Origin: a virus
Virus record (IMG/VR): IMGVR_UViG_3300044707_000932
Span: 1 to 64,000 of that record
DNA: 64,000 nucleotides
Strand: one strand, 5' to 3'
Under the pieces are notes generated by a model. It saw only the letters and a list, made by a program, of their open reading frames with translations, had not been told where the DNA came from and did no database searches. The position numbers and the translations under genes are program-made. Position 1 is the first letter of the stretch; the number at the start of each line of letters is the position of its first letter. Shown in pieces: positions 52,434 through 62,906 of this stretch.

Positions 52434-54452
52434 TTATCGTCCCTTTTTATTTAGTGTAATTTTATCATCGACTACTCTCAGTTCGTACTTTTTCCCTTCC
52501 AAGACGTTATTAGATAAAACTTCCTCTGAAATTAAATCCTCAACTTTATCTTGGATTGCCCTCTTTAGAGGTCTCGCACCGTATAATTCGTCATAACCAA
52601 TTTTCGCGAGGTACTCTACCAAACTTTCGTCATATGTAATATGATATTTCATTTCTGAAAGTCTATCGGTTAGTTTTTTGAGTTCAATCTTGGTAATTTT
52701 TTTGATATCATCTGAAGACAAACTATTGAACACAATAGTATCATCGATACGATTTAAAAACTCAGGGGAAAAGAAATTTTTCATCTCTTTCATCAATACC
52801 TGTTTTTTCGCTTCTTCATTACTATAAGAACTTGAAAAACCAATACCAGTACCAAAGTCCTGAAGTTTTTTCACACCTAAGTTTGAGGTCAAAATAATTA
52901 GAGTATTTTTGAAATTGATTTTTCTACCTAAACTATCAGTTACGTGACCATCATCAAGAATTTGAAGGAGAACGGTGAATACATCCTTATGAGCCTTCTC
53001 GACTTCATCAAATAAGATTACAGAGTAAGGTTTATTCTTAACTTTTTCAGTTAGTTGACCACCCTCATCATATCCGACATAACCGGGAGGTGCTCCAACT
53101 AATTTTGAAACAGTATGTTTTTCTTGATATTCACTCATATCAACTCTGATGAGAGAGTCTTCGGAACCGAACATTTCTTTAGCAAGTTGTTTTGCCAAGT
53201 AAGTTTTACCAACTCCAGTTGAACCCAAGAAAACGAAGGAACCAATTGGTCTATTTGGGTCTTTAATACCCAAACGATTACGTTTGATTGATTTAGTGAT
53301 TTTGATTACTGCTTCATCTTGACCGATTACTTTACCAATAAGTTCTTTGTCCAAATTGAGAAGTGCTTTGGTATCATCAACACTCATTTTGTTCACGGGA
53401 ATTTTAGTCATAGATGAAACCACATCGTAAACATCATTCAAAGAAATCTGTTGTTTTGTTTTTTCCATTTCTTCTTCAAATTTACGTTTTTCACTGTCAA
53501 GTTTATCTAACAACTTTTTTTCCTTATCTCGAAGTTGTGCCGCTTGTTCATAGTTTTGTTTCTTAACAACATCGATTTTTTGTTGTTTTATTTCAGCAGC
53601 TTTCTTTTTTAGGTCTTCAATCACCTCTGGAATTTTCACTTCGGTCTGCATACGAGCTCCAACTTCGTCTAAGATATCGAATGCTTTATCGGGAAATTCT
53701 CTATCCGTAATGTATCTGTCAGCTAACTTGACACAAGTTTCAATTACCTCATCACTATAAGTGACTTTATGGTAGGACTCATATTTTTCTCGGATGTTTT
53801 TCAAAATTTGGATAGTTTCCACAACTGAAGATGGCTCCACAATAATTTTTTGGAATCGTCTTTCAAGGGCACCATCCTTTTCAATATTTTTTCTGAACTC
53901 ATCGAGGGTTGTGGCCCCAATACACTGAATTTCACCTCGTGATAAAGCGGGTTTGAAAATGTTAGAACCATCCATAGAACCTGCGGAATTTCCTGAACCA
54001 ACAAGGGTGTGAATTTCATCAATAAAAACAATAATATGAGGGTTAGCTTGAAGTTCTTCGATGATTACTTTCATTCTCTCTTCGAACTGTCCTCTATATT
54101 TTGTACCTGCTACAACAGATGTTAAATCTAAATTGACAATTCTTTTATCAATAAGATTTTTGGGACATTCACCAGTAACAATTTTCATTGCTAGTCCTTC
54201 TACGATTGCGGTTTTTCCACAACCGGGTTCACCAATGATAATTGGATTATTCTTTTTTCTACGTGAAAGAATTTGAGCAATCCTTAAAATTTCTCTATCC
54301 CTCCCAATTACAGGGTCCAACTTACCTTGCTCAGCGAGTTTATTTAAATCTCTACTGAAGTTATCCAAAACGGGAGTGTTTGTGTCAGAAATTTGTTTCT
54401 GTTTCTTACTCATCATTTTGTCATCATCATCGTCCATTAAGTCGTTGTTCAT
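52434..54452 (-). CDS. clpC: ClpC-like AAA+ ATPase lacking the N-terminal domain
   Basis: GEPGCGKT and GSTGVGKT Walker A motifs, UVR-type middle domain (NYEQAAQLRD), GIGF ClpP-docking loop. Confidence 0.9.
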   Translation of the reverse strand: MNNDLMDDDDDKMMSKKQKQISDTNTPVLDNFSRDLNKLAEQGKLDPVIGRDREILRIAQILSRRKKNNPIIIGEPGCGKTAIVEGLAMKIVTGECPKNLIDKRIVNLDLTSVVAGTKYRGQFEERMKVIIEELQANPHIIVFIDEIHTLVGSGNSAGSMDGSNIFKPALSRGEIQCIGATTLDEFRKNIEKDGALERRFQKIIVEPSSVVETIQILKNIREKYESYHKVTYSDEVIETCVKLADRYITDREFPDKAFDILDEVGARMQTEVKIPEVIEDLKKKAAEIKQQKIDVVKKQNYEQAAQLRDKEKKLLDKLDSEKRKFEEEMEKTKQQISLNDVYDVVSSMTKIPVNKMSVDDTKALLNLDKELIGKVIGQDEAVIKITKSIKRNRLGIKDPNRPIGSFVFLGSTGVGKTYLAKQLAKEMFGSEDSLIRVDMSEYQEKHTVSKLVGAPPGYVGYDEGGQLTEKVKNKPYSVILFDEVEKAHKDVFTVLLQILDDGHVTDSLGRKINFKNTLIILTSNLGVKKLQDFGTGIGFSSSYSNEEAKKQVLMKEMKNFFSPEFLNRIDDTIVFNSLSSDDIKKITKIELKKLTDRLSEMKYHITYDESLVEYLAKIGYDELYGARPLKRAIQDKVEDLISEEVLSNNVLEGKKYELRVVDDKITLNKKGR

Positions 54453-54503
54453 AATTAATTAATTTTTACAAAGATGTATCAAATTTTATTCTCTTCCAAA
54501 TTT

Positions 54504-54607
54504 TTTGACATATTGACATATAATATTTTTTTTGTTGACATTTTGTCAGAAAACTATTTTTTTTCATTACAATTTGTCTTAGTATATTTGGTGGCATTCA
54601 AATTGAT
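54504..54607 (+). promoter_or_regulatory. Putative sigma54-type promoter with upstream TGACA-N3-TGTCA operator/enhancer for hsp20
   Basis: TGGCA-TTCAAA-TTGA at 54592-54606; perfect TGACA-TTT-TGTCA at 54536-54548 and further TGACA half-sites. Confidence 0.5.
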
Positions 54608-54643
54608 TATTTATATTAAAATAAATTTTTAAATTAGTAAACT

Positions 54644-55039
54644 ATGATGAACGATTCACAATTTAACGAAATTTTTGACCGTATTTTCGGTGGAAGTCCT
54701 AACACATATTACAGAACATCTGTAATTACAAAATCAAACGATGAAGATAATACTTATGAGGTAAATCAAACCAAAGATGGTGCTTATCTTTTTTTCGAAG
54801 CTCCCGGTTTCAACAAATCAAACCTGAAAGTTGAAATGGAAAGCGGCGTCCTTTCGATTGAAGGTAAAAGAACTTATAAACTTAACGGAGAGGAAAAAAC
54901 CAAATCTATCTCCAAGGAGTTCAAAATTGGTAGTGATTATGACCCCTCATCTATTGAGGCAACAATCGAAGACGGTTTGTTAACGGTCTTTGTTCCAAAT
55001 TACAAAAAACAAGAGAAGAAAAGAATCAATCTTCTTTAA
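54644..55039 (+). CDS. Small heat-shock protein (Hsp20/alpha-crystallin)
   Basis: EAPGFNK..LKV....GVLSIEG...IEATIEDGLLTV.VP. Confidence 0.9.
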   Translation: MMNDSQFNEIFDRIFGGSPNTYYRTSVITKSNDEDNTYEVNQTKDGAYLFFEAPGFNKSNLKVEMESGVLSIEGKRTYKLNGEEKTKSISKEFKIGSDYDPSSIEATIEDGLLTVFVPNYKKQEKKRINLL

Positions 55040-55055
55040 TCTTACAAGATTTTTG

Positions 55056-55084
55056 AAACCCCCGATACTAAGGTCGGGGGTTTT
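55056..55084 (+). terminator. Terminator after hsp20
   Basis: AAACCCCCGA-loop-TCGGGGGTTTT. Confidence 0.8.
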
Positions 55085-55096
55085 GTATTTATATTC

Positions 55097-55420
55097 ATGA
55101 AGATATGGGAAAAATTCATTGAGAACCATCCAGAAACAACTCATCTCATTGAGGTTTACATTGAAATAAGAAAATTACTCCAAGAATTAGGTCATACGGA
55201 AGAGTCTTCAAAAAAAATTAATTCAGGACCACCAAAATTATTCAGACTGAAAGATATTTTTGAAGAAAGAGTTGAAAATCTTTGGGAACAAATATCAGCA
55301 TATGGTTTCAAAGTAGAAGAAAATGAATTTCTTGTATACTTACGAAATAAGTTTGCTAATATTGATACATTAATACCACTTAAGAATGGCGATAACGAGA
55401 GAGACGATACAGGGAACTAA
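55097..55420 (+). CDS. Hypothetical protein
   Basis: ORF track. Confidence 0.6.
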   Translation: MKIWEKFIENHPETTHLIEVYIEIRKLLQELGHTEESSKKINSGPPKLFRLKDIFEERVENLWEQISAYGFKVEENEFLVYLRNKFANIDTLIPLKNGDNERDDTGN

Positions 55421-55628
55421 AATTCTAAACGAAATAAAATCTTCCAATATCAAAAAAACTGAGTACGATTTGGAGACCAAAAAAATGCTCGTCGAATTTA
55501 ACAACGGTTCCAAATACGAGTATGATGAGGTCCCCCACGCAATTTACACAAAGTTTAGAATGGCAGAATCTCAGGGTAAATTTTTTACAACCGATATATC
55601 TAAAAAGTTCAAATACAAAAAAGTGTAG
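55386..55628 (+). CDS. KTSC domain protein
   Basis: SSNI....YD.....L.VEF.NG..Y.Y..VP...Y..F..A.S.GKFF. Confidence 0.88.
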   Translation: MAITRETIQGTKILNEIKSSNIKKTEYDLETKKMLVEFNNGSKYEYDEVPHAIYTKFRMAESQGKFFTTDISKKFKYKKV

Positions 55629-55649
55629 TTGCTCGAATATTTATTTGGA

Positions 55650-56396
55650 ATGAGTAACCTCCAAAAAATATTAGATAGTTTTTCAATTCAAGATACATTA
55701 AATCCAAAGGTTTGGGATAACCCTAATGACATAAAAAAGGCATCCCTCAAAGAAAAAGTCAGAGTGGCTTTATTGAAAATTGCTAAAGTTTTTATTGATG
55801 ACTTAGGTGATGACGTTCCCATGAAAGACATTTATTTGATGGGGTCTTTGGCGAATTACAACTGGTCAGAATATTCAGACTTTGATTTACATGTTTTGAT
55901 AGATTTCAAAAAATATGGTAAAGAGGAGGCTTTGTATGAAGAACTTTTCGATTTGAAAAAAAAGTTATTCAATCTCCAACATGATATAAAAATTTTTGGT
56001 TTTGATGTTGAACTTTATGCTCAACCTTTGGATAAAGAAGCTCATAGTGATGGGGTGTTTTCAGTTCTGAAAGACAAGTGGGTTAGTACACCCAAAAAAA
56101 CCCATAAAAATATCAACAACGATGTGTTGAAGAAAAAAATTACAAGTTGGACTGACAAGATTGATAACGCTGTAGAAACAGCGAATAAAGAAGGTAATGT
56201 TGAAATATTGAAAAAATTGAAAGATAAGTTAAAGGACTACAGACAGTCTGGTTTAAGAAAAGAAGGGGAATTTTCCTATGAGAATTTGGTCTTCAAATAT
56301 CTAAGAAGGTCTGGTCACATAGAAAAGTTATTTGATACAAGGGGAAAATTGACAGATAAAAAACTTTCAATCGAAAGTAAACTCGAGAGTTTTTAA
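55650..56396 (+). CDS. Pol-beta-superfamily nucleotidyltransferase
   Basis: GSLANYNWSEYSDFDLHV (GS-x-DxD) and VELY third acidic residue. Confidence 0.75.
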   Translation: MSNLQKILDSFSIQDTLNPKVWDNPNDIKKASLKEKVRVALLKIAKVFIDDLGDDVPMKDIYLMGSLANYNWSEYSDFDLHVLIDFKKYGKEEALYEELFDLKKKLFNLQHDIKIFGFDVELYAQPLDKEAHSDGVFSVLKDKWVSTPKKTHKNINNDVLKKKITSWTDKIDNAVETANKEGNVEILKKLKDKLKDYRQSGLRKEGEFSYENLVFKYLRRSGHIEKLFDTRGKLTDKKLSIESKLESF

Positions 56397-56448
56397 TAAA
56401 AATCAAAAAATTATTCGTACAAATCGTATATTTATAAAGAAAAATTAG

Positions 56449-57255
56449 ATGGCCCTATATTATTATTTTGCTAGCCCTTGTATCGGAGGTTCGGTGATTA
56501 ATATTAAGTCTGAAGACTTAATGATTTCAGGTAATGTTTACGAACTTACCATTGCTGGCGAAACCTCTTGCTATACCGTTGTTGATGGAATTGTTACAAG
56601 TTTAGCACAACTTGCGGTTATCTTTACAGGTCCATGGGCTAACTGTTCTCTGTGTTTACAAGACATAACACCAACTCCCACGGCATCTAATACCGCAACA
56701 CCAACACCCACTACAACTCAAACACCAACAAATACTATGACGCCAACACCGAGTATTACAGCGTCTAACACACCAACACCTAGTATCACTGCCACACAGA
56801 CATCTACTCCAACTCAAACACCAACAAACAGTGCTACTCCGACAACTACCGCAACACAGACCCAGACACCAACAACTACACAAACGCCTACAAATACTAA
56901 AACACCAACACCCACTACAACTCAAACCCAAACACCAACACCAAGTATAACTGCGTCTAATACACCAACACCAAGTATAACACCAACAAAAACTTCAACA
57001 CCTACTACAACACAAACACCTACTACAACACAAACTCCAACTAACACAATGACACCTACACCAACTCGTACTCCTTGGCCAATAACAGGATTTAGTGAAA
57101 ATGAACAATATCAGGTATTTGATTATTGTTGTGAAATTAGTGGTGCGACCGCAGAGGTACCCTATCCGAACCCAATATACACTGACGGTGAGGGAGTACC
57201 CTTCAGTCAGAAAAATGCTGTTGAGCTTGGAGGATTCAACGGATTAAATAACTAA
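56449..57255 (+). CDS. Thr/Pro-rich (mucin-like) repeat protein, probable virion surface protein
   Basis: About 135 aa of TPTPS/TPTTTQ repeats between Cys-containing domains. Confidence 0.65.
   Translation: MALYYYFASPCIGGSVINIKSEDLMISGNVYELTIAGETSCYTVVDGIVTSLAQLAVIFTGPWANCSLCLQDITPTPTASNTATPTPTTTQTPTNTMTPTPSITASNTPTPSITATQTSTPTQTPTNSATPTTTATQTQTPTTTQTPTNTKTPTPTTTQTQTPTPSITASNTPTPSITPTKTSTPTTTQTPTTTQTPTNTMTPTPTRTPWPITGFSENEQYQVFDYCCEISGATAEVPYPNPIYTDGEGVPFSQKNAVELGGFNGLNN
56665..57075 (+). repeat. Coding ACA/CCA-rich tandem repeats
   Basis: Repeated ACACCAACACC units. Confidence 0.8.
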
Positions 57256-57275
57256 CAAAATTAAAACAAAATAAA

Positions 57276-58526
57276 ATGGCAGATTTGAAACCCATTGGAA
57301 GTGAAAAATTAACAGGACAAGCAAAACTCAATAGAATTATGGAGATTGCTAGATATAATGAATCACATCCTAAAACCGTAAATGAAACTTCGAAATCAGA
57401 ATATTCAATTTCATTAGCTGATGGAAATAATTACCACATTGTAAAAGAAAGACAAGGGTATGTGATTCAGAGAATGGTAAGTGAGTCTAATTTCGATTAT
57501 ATTGAGCCGATGAAAAATAGAAAATATTATTCATCATATTCTCAAGCTTTTAAGAGATTGAATCTTTTGGCGGGAGAACTCAACAGATTGAATGAAAATG
57601 AGGAAGGTGTTTCTTTATATGGTGAACAAAAAAAGTTTGTTCTAAAGACACCTAAACCAGAAGTACAGGATGCTCCACCAGTTCCAGCAGCTCCCCCACC
57701 AGTACCACAACCTGAGTTACCACCATCACCAGTTTCATCTGATGATGCTGGTCCTTCAGATGAAAGTCCTGAATTGGGTACAGACGCTGAAATGGGCGCT
57801 GAAGATATGGGACCAGAAGGAGAGACTGATATGGAGATGGATGTTGATGTTGAAGACATGGGTGGTGAGGAAATGGCTCCTGACGCTGAAGAAAAAATTA
57901 CATTTAAAACAATTCAAAAGTTAACAGGAAAGCTCACACAAAAAATCAGACTTTTAAATAACGAAGATGGTATGACATCCGAAGATGTTAAGTATGTTAT
58001 TAATATGGTTTTATCTTCATTGGATTTGTCAAACTTATCTGAAGAGGATAAAGAGGATATCATGGCTAAGTTTGAAGAGGCTGAAGGTAGAGAAGAAAAT
58101 ATGGGTGGTGAGGAAATGCCTGGTGAGGACATAACTTCAGATACTGAAGTAGAGGATATTCAAACAGACATGGATGTACCTGTAGACCAAGAAATGGGTG
58201 AAGGACATGGTATGATTTTGAACAACGTTTACAAAGAGTCAAAAGTAGATAAAGTGTTGTCAAAATATTTCGAATTATCAAAGAAGGAAATTTTAGAAAG
58301 TAGAAAAATGGTAATTGAGAGAAAAAAGACAGCAGAAAAATTGTTATCCAAGAAAATGGTTGACGTTGTCAAACTTAGTGAAACAGTTGAACAAGAAATG
58401 GCTTCGCAAAAATTTCTTGAAGAAAACTTAAATTTCGAAATTATTGGTATTACAAACAAGAAAAATTTAGTTTTCGAAAATGGTGATAAACGTATTAAAA
58501 TTTCACCAGCGGGATTAGTTTTATGA
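57276..58526 (+). CDS. Acidic head-associated hypothetical protein
   Basis: GSEKL.G..KLNRIMEIA leader; Pro- and Glu/Asp-rich linkers; lies in the terminase operon. Confidence 0.6.
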   Translation: MADLKPIGSEKLTGQAKLNRIMEIARYNESHPKTVNETSKSEYSISLADGNNYHIVKERQGYVIQRMVSESNFDYIEPMKNRKYYSSYSQAFKRLNLLAGELNRLNENEEGVSLYGEQKKFVLKTPKPEVQDAPPVPAAPPPVPQPELPPSPVSSDDAGPSDESPELGTDAEMGAEDMGPEGETDMEMDVDVEDMGGEEMAPDAEEKITFKTIQKLTGKLTQKIRLLNNEDGMTSEDVKYVINMVLSSLDLSNLSEEDKEDIMAKFEEAEGREENMGGEEMPGEDITSDTEVEDIQTDMDVPVDQEMGEGHGMILNNVYKESKVDKVLSKYFELSKKEILESRKMVIERKKTAEKLLSKKMVDVVKLSETVEQEMASQKFLEENLNFEIIGITNKKNLVFENGDKRIKISPAGLVL

Positions 58527-58918
58527 GTTATTTGATATTCGTGAATGGTTTAGGTCCAAATTATAAAGGGGATAATCTTTACGAATTCATATTCTCAGAT
58601 GAATTAGATGTTTGGGGGGATGGTTGGGAAAGTAAACCATCAAATGGTTATCCTAATCCGCCTGAGATACAATATATAAAAAGAGTAGGAGTTCTGAGGA
58701 ATACTGATGTTAAGTTGGAATTGATTCAGAACTCCGATTTTTTTTGTATGATAGATGCCTTAGATGATGTTGTTGCTTTAGCTTGGGAACCTGACGAGGT
58801 AAGAGGTCAAAAAAGGATGGTTTTCAGGTTTGGTGAAACAGAACAACAAATAAAAGACAAACTCTATGAAAGAGATTTGATTTTAGAATTTGAAAAGAAA
58901 GTAGTATATGAAAAATAG
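58523..58918 (+). CDS. Hypothetical protein
   Basis: ORF track. Confidence 0.65.
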   Translation: MSYLIFVNGLGPNYKGDNLYEFIFSDELDVWGDGWESKPSNGYPNPPEIQYIKRVGVLRNTDVKLELIQNSDFFCMIDALDDVVALAWEPDEVRGQKRMVFRFGETEQQIKDKLYERDLILEFEKKVVYEK

Positions 58919-59801
58919 ACAAAAAGCTTTGGAGTTGATTGAATGTGGACTTTCAGCAAAACTTGTTAAAAAACTAACTGAGTCGCAAATCAGTCAGTTA
59001 CATAAAAGAATGGTATCTGAACAAGTAATCAAGACGGAAAGATATCTTGAAGTACCTACTTCAAAATTGCCAACAGGTGTTAATATACCTACAGATATTA
59101 TGGCAGGGAAAAAACAGGTTACAGTACAAAGTGACCCTTCAAAAGGGGTGACCAAAATTATTCCTACTGAGGAGGGTGAAATGAAAGAAGATGAGACTGA
59201 TGATGTTACATCATCTAATGCTCAAGGTGATTTGGATTTACAGAAATACACTGGACAAGAAGCTCCACACGATGCTAATGATATGGCTCCTGACGGTATG
59301 GATGATGATTCTGATGATGATAGAAAAATGATGGGAATGGCGGAATCAAAAAAGAAAAACAATAAAACAAATCCTTGGGCAATTTGTACAGCTCAATTGG
59401 GTAAAGAATTTGGAACAAGAGAAAGACATTTGTGGAGTGCTAAGGAAAAAAACAAGTATGAAAGATGCGTTAAGGATGTAAAAAAATCTTTGACGGAAGG
59501 TAAAAAACCTCTATCTTTGTTCATTGAAAACGAAATTCTAAAGTTAGTAGAAAAACATTTACCCCCAAAGATTACAAAAGGAGAATTAATGAAATACCTA
59601 AGTGAAGATGGACCGGCAGTCGCCCCATCAAAACCAAAACCTTCAACAAAACCTGACACTAAACCAGGTAAACCCGCACCGAGACCAAGACCAAAACATC
59701 CAGGTCAAAACCCACATCCAGGTGAAAAAGAGTCTCCAAGAGCTGAAGAAGTTAAGAATAAAGTAATCAAAACGATTTTCAAAGATATTTTCAAAAAATG
59801 A
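58908..59801 (+). CDS. Hypothetical protein (NPWAICTA...KYERCV motif, Pro/Lys-rich tail)
   Basis: ORF track. Confidence 0.65.
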   Translation: MKNRQKALELIECGLSAKLVKKLTESQISQLHKRMVSEQVIKTERYLEVPTSKLPTGVNIPTDIMAGKKQVTVQSDPSKGVTKIIPTEEGEMKEDETDDVTSSNAQGDLDLQKYTGQEAPHDANDMAPDGMDDDSDDDRKMMGMAESKKKNNKTNPWAICTAQLGKEFGTRERHLWSAKEKNKYERCVKDVKKSLTEGKKPLSLFIENEILKLVEKHLPPKITKGELMKYLSEDGPAVAPSKPKPSTKPDTKPGKPAPRPRPKHPGQNPHPGEKESPRAEEVKNKVIKTIFKDIFKK

Positions 59802-61099
59802 GTAAAAAAGTACGTGAACAAATAGACTACGGGAATTATCCTGAGAGAATGGACCCAAACCTTGAAAGAAAGTTGGGAAGTCCTGAAAATTTGTATGCTT
59901 CTAACCCCGCAATGAAAAAGGGCTCGCAGGACGTTCAAAGATTGACCAGTAATAGATTCAAAAAGGTTGTTGATAAGTTAAGACAAGCTAGAGGGTTGGA
60001 GAGAATAACTCCTGCGATGGTCCAAAGAATTTACATGGAAGAAATGTCTAAAGTTCCTATGATTGTAGGTATTGAGGGTCGTAATAGAGAACAACTTGAA
60101 GAACTGGCTAAAAAAGTTTCTTTAGATGAAACAGAAGTACCTGAAGATTGGTTCGAAATTGATGCGAAACTTAACAGAGAACCTATTGATGTTTCAAATT
60201 TCAGATATGAGCCTGAGGAGGATGAAGAAGAGGAAAATGCCGATGAAAAACAAGGAATTGAAATCCCATCATTCGAAATCGAGGATTTGACACCACAAGA
60301 AGAGTTAGAGTTAGAAAAACACAAAAGAAATATAATCAACGCTATTATTCAGGGTGCGGCTAAAAAGGGTCACTACCTTTTTCAAAAACCTGAGGTTAAA
60401 GCTGAGTTAGACAGAATTGATAACAGATTATATCCCGCCTACTTGGGAATTATGGCAATCAATGATTTTCTATACTTTAGTATGGAACAAATGATTGAAA
60501 TGATGAGCCAAACAGGAAATGGCGTGGCAGGAAAAGTTGAGTTAGGGGATGCTGGTGATGATGAAGGAGAAGAAGGTGGTGGAGGTGAGGAATCTCAAGG
60601 TCCTGATACAAAAATAATTGCTGAGGGATTAATTTTCCCTATCCTATGTCATGAAATTATTAAAGGAATTAAAGCCGCAAATGCTAGACATGGATTACCC
60701 CAAGACCCTTCTATGAGAGAAAAGGTTAAAGCACAAGTTGACATTTTATCAAACGAACCAATGCAACTCAGAATAGGACCTGAGATTGTTGAAAAAATTC
60801 GTTTTGCCTTACCGGATGAAATGTTCAGTCCTTCAAACAAGGGTCTAATAAACTGGTTTGAAATTCAGATGTACCAAATTCCAGCAAAGGAATTTTTGGA
60901 ATTAATTGGAAATGCGATTTCAGAAGATGATTCTAAAATCAGAAAAGCCACATCCAAATTCGAAGAAATCATGAGAGAGGCACAAAACCTAAAACGTGAG
61001 TTCGACGAGTATAAAGAAGATAAGGGAAGTGATGAAGCTGACGATGATGAAAACTTGGATGATTTCTTAGGGAGTTTGGGTATATCAAGACCCAAATAA
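59798..61099 (+). CDS. Hypothetical protein upstream of terminase
   Basis: 433-aa ORF; KRNIINAIIQGAAKKGH, LCHEIIKG. Confidence 0.65.
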   Translation: MSKKVREQIDYGNYPERMDPNLERKLGSPENLYASNPAMKKGSQDVQRLTSNRFKKVVDKLRQARGLERITPAMVQRIYMEEMSKVPMIVGIEGRNREQLEELAKKVSLDETEVPEDWFEIDAKLNREPIDVSNFRYEPEEDEEEENADEKQGIEIPSFEIEDLTPQEELELEKHKRNIINAIIQGAAKKGHYLFQKPEVKAELDRIDNRLYPAYLGIMAINDFLYFSMEQMIEMMSQTGNGVAGKVELGDAGDDEGEEGGGGEESQGPDTKIIAEGLIFPILCHEIIKGIKAANARHGLPQDPSMREKVKAQVDILSNEPMQLRIGPEIVEKIRFALPDEMFSPSNKGLINWFEIQMYQIPAKEFLELIGNAISEDDSKIRKATSKFEEIMREAQNLKREFDEYKEDKGSDEADDDENLDDFLGSLGISRPK

Positions 61100-61107
61100 T
61101 CCACCCC

Positions 61108-62868
61108 GTGACAAAAGAACAACTTATTATAGAGGTTACAAAGTGTATGAGAAATACACCTTATGCCCTTAGGACATACTTACAGACCTATGACAACACG
61201 GTATCGAAGTATGTACCTCTTGACCTCTTCCCCGACCAAGTTAGTCTCATCGAGGACTATGACAACTTTAATGAAAACATAGCCCTCAAGTATCGTCAGG
61301 CTGGTGTGTCTACAGTAACCGCTGCTTGGGCGTCAAAAAAATTAGTTTTTGCCAAAAAACAAAAACCTGAGAAAATTCTAATAATTGCCAACAAATTGGA
61401 TACATCCGTTGAGATGGCCAATAAAGTTAGAGGTTTTACGGAGCAATGGCCCTCGTGGGTCGGTGCGGGATTCTCCGCTGAAAAAAACTCTCAAAGACAC
61501 TTCAAACTAACGAACGATTGTGAAGTGAAAGCTGTTGCTACCTCCAAAGATGCCTTACGTGGTTATACACCAACAATTCTAATTTTCGATGAGGCAGCGT
61601 TCATTGAGGCAGATAATGACTTTTGGTCTGCGTGTATGGCCTCACTTTCTACGGGTGGTAAAGTAATTGTAATTTCAACACCAAACGGTTACGACCCAAT
61701 CTATTATGAAATTTACGACCAAGCACTCAGAAATATGAACGAGTTTAAAATCTCTGAGATGTTTTGGTACAGAGACCCGAGATATACTAAAGACCTTTAC
61801 ATGGTTAAGACAAACGACTTAGTTCATTTCTTACTTAATCGTGAAGACTACCCTGAAGACACAGTTGTTGATTTATCAGTATCAAACCCATATGAGAGAG
61901 ACCATTCCATCACAACTGATTATATCCAAAAAGGATATAAACCCTGCTCTGCTTGGTTTGAAGGAATGGTAAAAAAACTGAAATTCGATAGAAGAAAAGT
62001 TGCTCAAGAGTTAGAATGTAATTTCCTTGGTTCTGGAGATAATGTTTTTGAGGCTGAACTGATGCAGACAATCGCTAAAAACCAACTAAGGGACCCGTCA
62101 GCTAAACTTATGGGGGGTTCCCTCTGGATATTCAAAGAACCAGAAAACGGACACAAATATGTTATGGGTGTCGACGTTTCGAGAGGGGATTCGGAAGATT
62201 TTTCTTGTATTCAAATTATTGATTTTGATACAAGAGAACAAGTTTTGGAATATGTTGGTAAAGTCCCCCCAGATGTGACTGCCGAAATTGCTTATAAATG
62301 GGGTACCATGTACAATGCTTATTGTGTAATTGATATTACAGGAGGAATGGGAGTATCCACCGCAAGAAAAATGCAAGAAATGACCTATGAACCAGGTTTG
62401 TATGTTGACAATATAGACCCGACCAAGAAATGGAAATGGGACCCGAAGGCGAATGAAAAAATTCCTGGAATAAATTTTAATTCCAAAAGAGTACAAATAA
62501 TATCAAGTTTCGAGGAGGCCGTTCGACACGAGTTTAAAATTTATTCTCACAGATTGTATAATGAGATGAATACATTCATCTACATAAATGGTCGACCTGA
62601 CCATCAAAAAAGTCATCACGACGACTGTATAATGGCGATGTCTATGGCCATTTATGTTGCCGAGAAATCATTCCAATCTTTACAAAAAGTTGTTAATCAT
62701 ACGAAGGCAATGATTAATTCGTGGGCAACACATGTAAATGAAAACAAAAATAGTTCAGATTTTTTTAATCCAATGGTCCCTCAAATGGGAAGACAAAACA
62801 TGAATCCGAGTCAGGGACCAAGCAAAGCAGACTATATGAAATATGGGTGGTTATTTGGTCCTCGATAA
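61108..62868 (+). CDS. terL: Terminase large subunit (T4 gp17-like)
   Basis: LKYRQAGVST Walker A variant, LIFDEAAF Walker B, STPNG, QELECNF, GVDVSRG..D nuclease, HDDCIMA. Confidence 0.93.
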   Translation: MTKEQLIIEVTKCMRNTPYALRTYLQTYDNTVSKYVPLDLFPDQVSLIEDYDNFNENIALKYRQAGVSTVTAAWASKKLVFAKKQKPEKILIIANKLDTSVEMANKVRGFTEQWPSWVGAGFSAEKNSQRHFKLTNDCEVKAVATSKDALRGYTPTILIFDEAAFIEADNDFWSACMASLSTGGKVIVISTPNGYDPIYYEIYDQALRNMNEFKISEMFWYRDPRYTKDLYMVKTNDLVHFLLNREDYPEDTVVDLSVSNPYERDHSITTDYIQKGYKPCSAWFEGMVKKLKFDRRKVAQELECNFLGSGDNVFEAELMQTIAKNQLRDPSAKLMGGSLWIFKEPENGHKYVMGVDVSRGDSEDFSCIQIIDFDTREQVLEYVGKVPPDVTAEIAYKWGTMYNAYCVIDITGGMGVSTARKMQEMTYEPGLYVDNIDPTKKWKWDPKANEKIPGINFNSKRVQIISSFEEAVRHEFKIYSHRLYNEMNTFIYINGRPDHQKSHHDDCIMAMSMAIYVAEKSFQSLQKVVNHTKAMINSWATHVNENKNSSDFFNPMVPQMGRQNMNPSQGPSKADYMKYGWLFGPR

Positions 62869-62906
62869 CTATTTATATTTATCTATTGATAAAGTAACAT
62901 TGTAAA

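Noticed and set aside
56665-57075. CRISPR array or non-coding tandem repeat
   Set aside because: The repeats are degenerate codon-level Thr/Pro repeats inside an ORF, with no constant repeat-spacer period. No CRISPR array was seen anywhere in the window.
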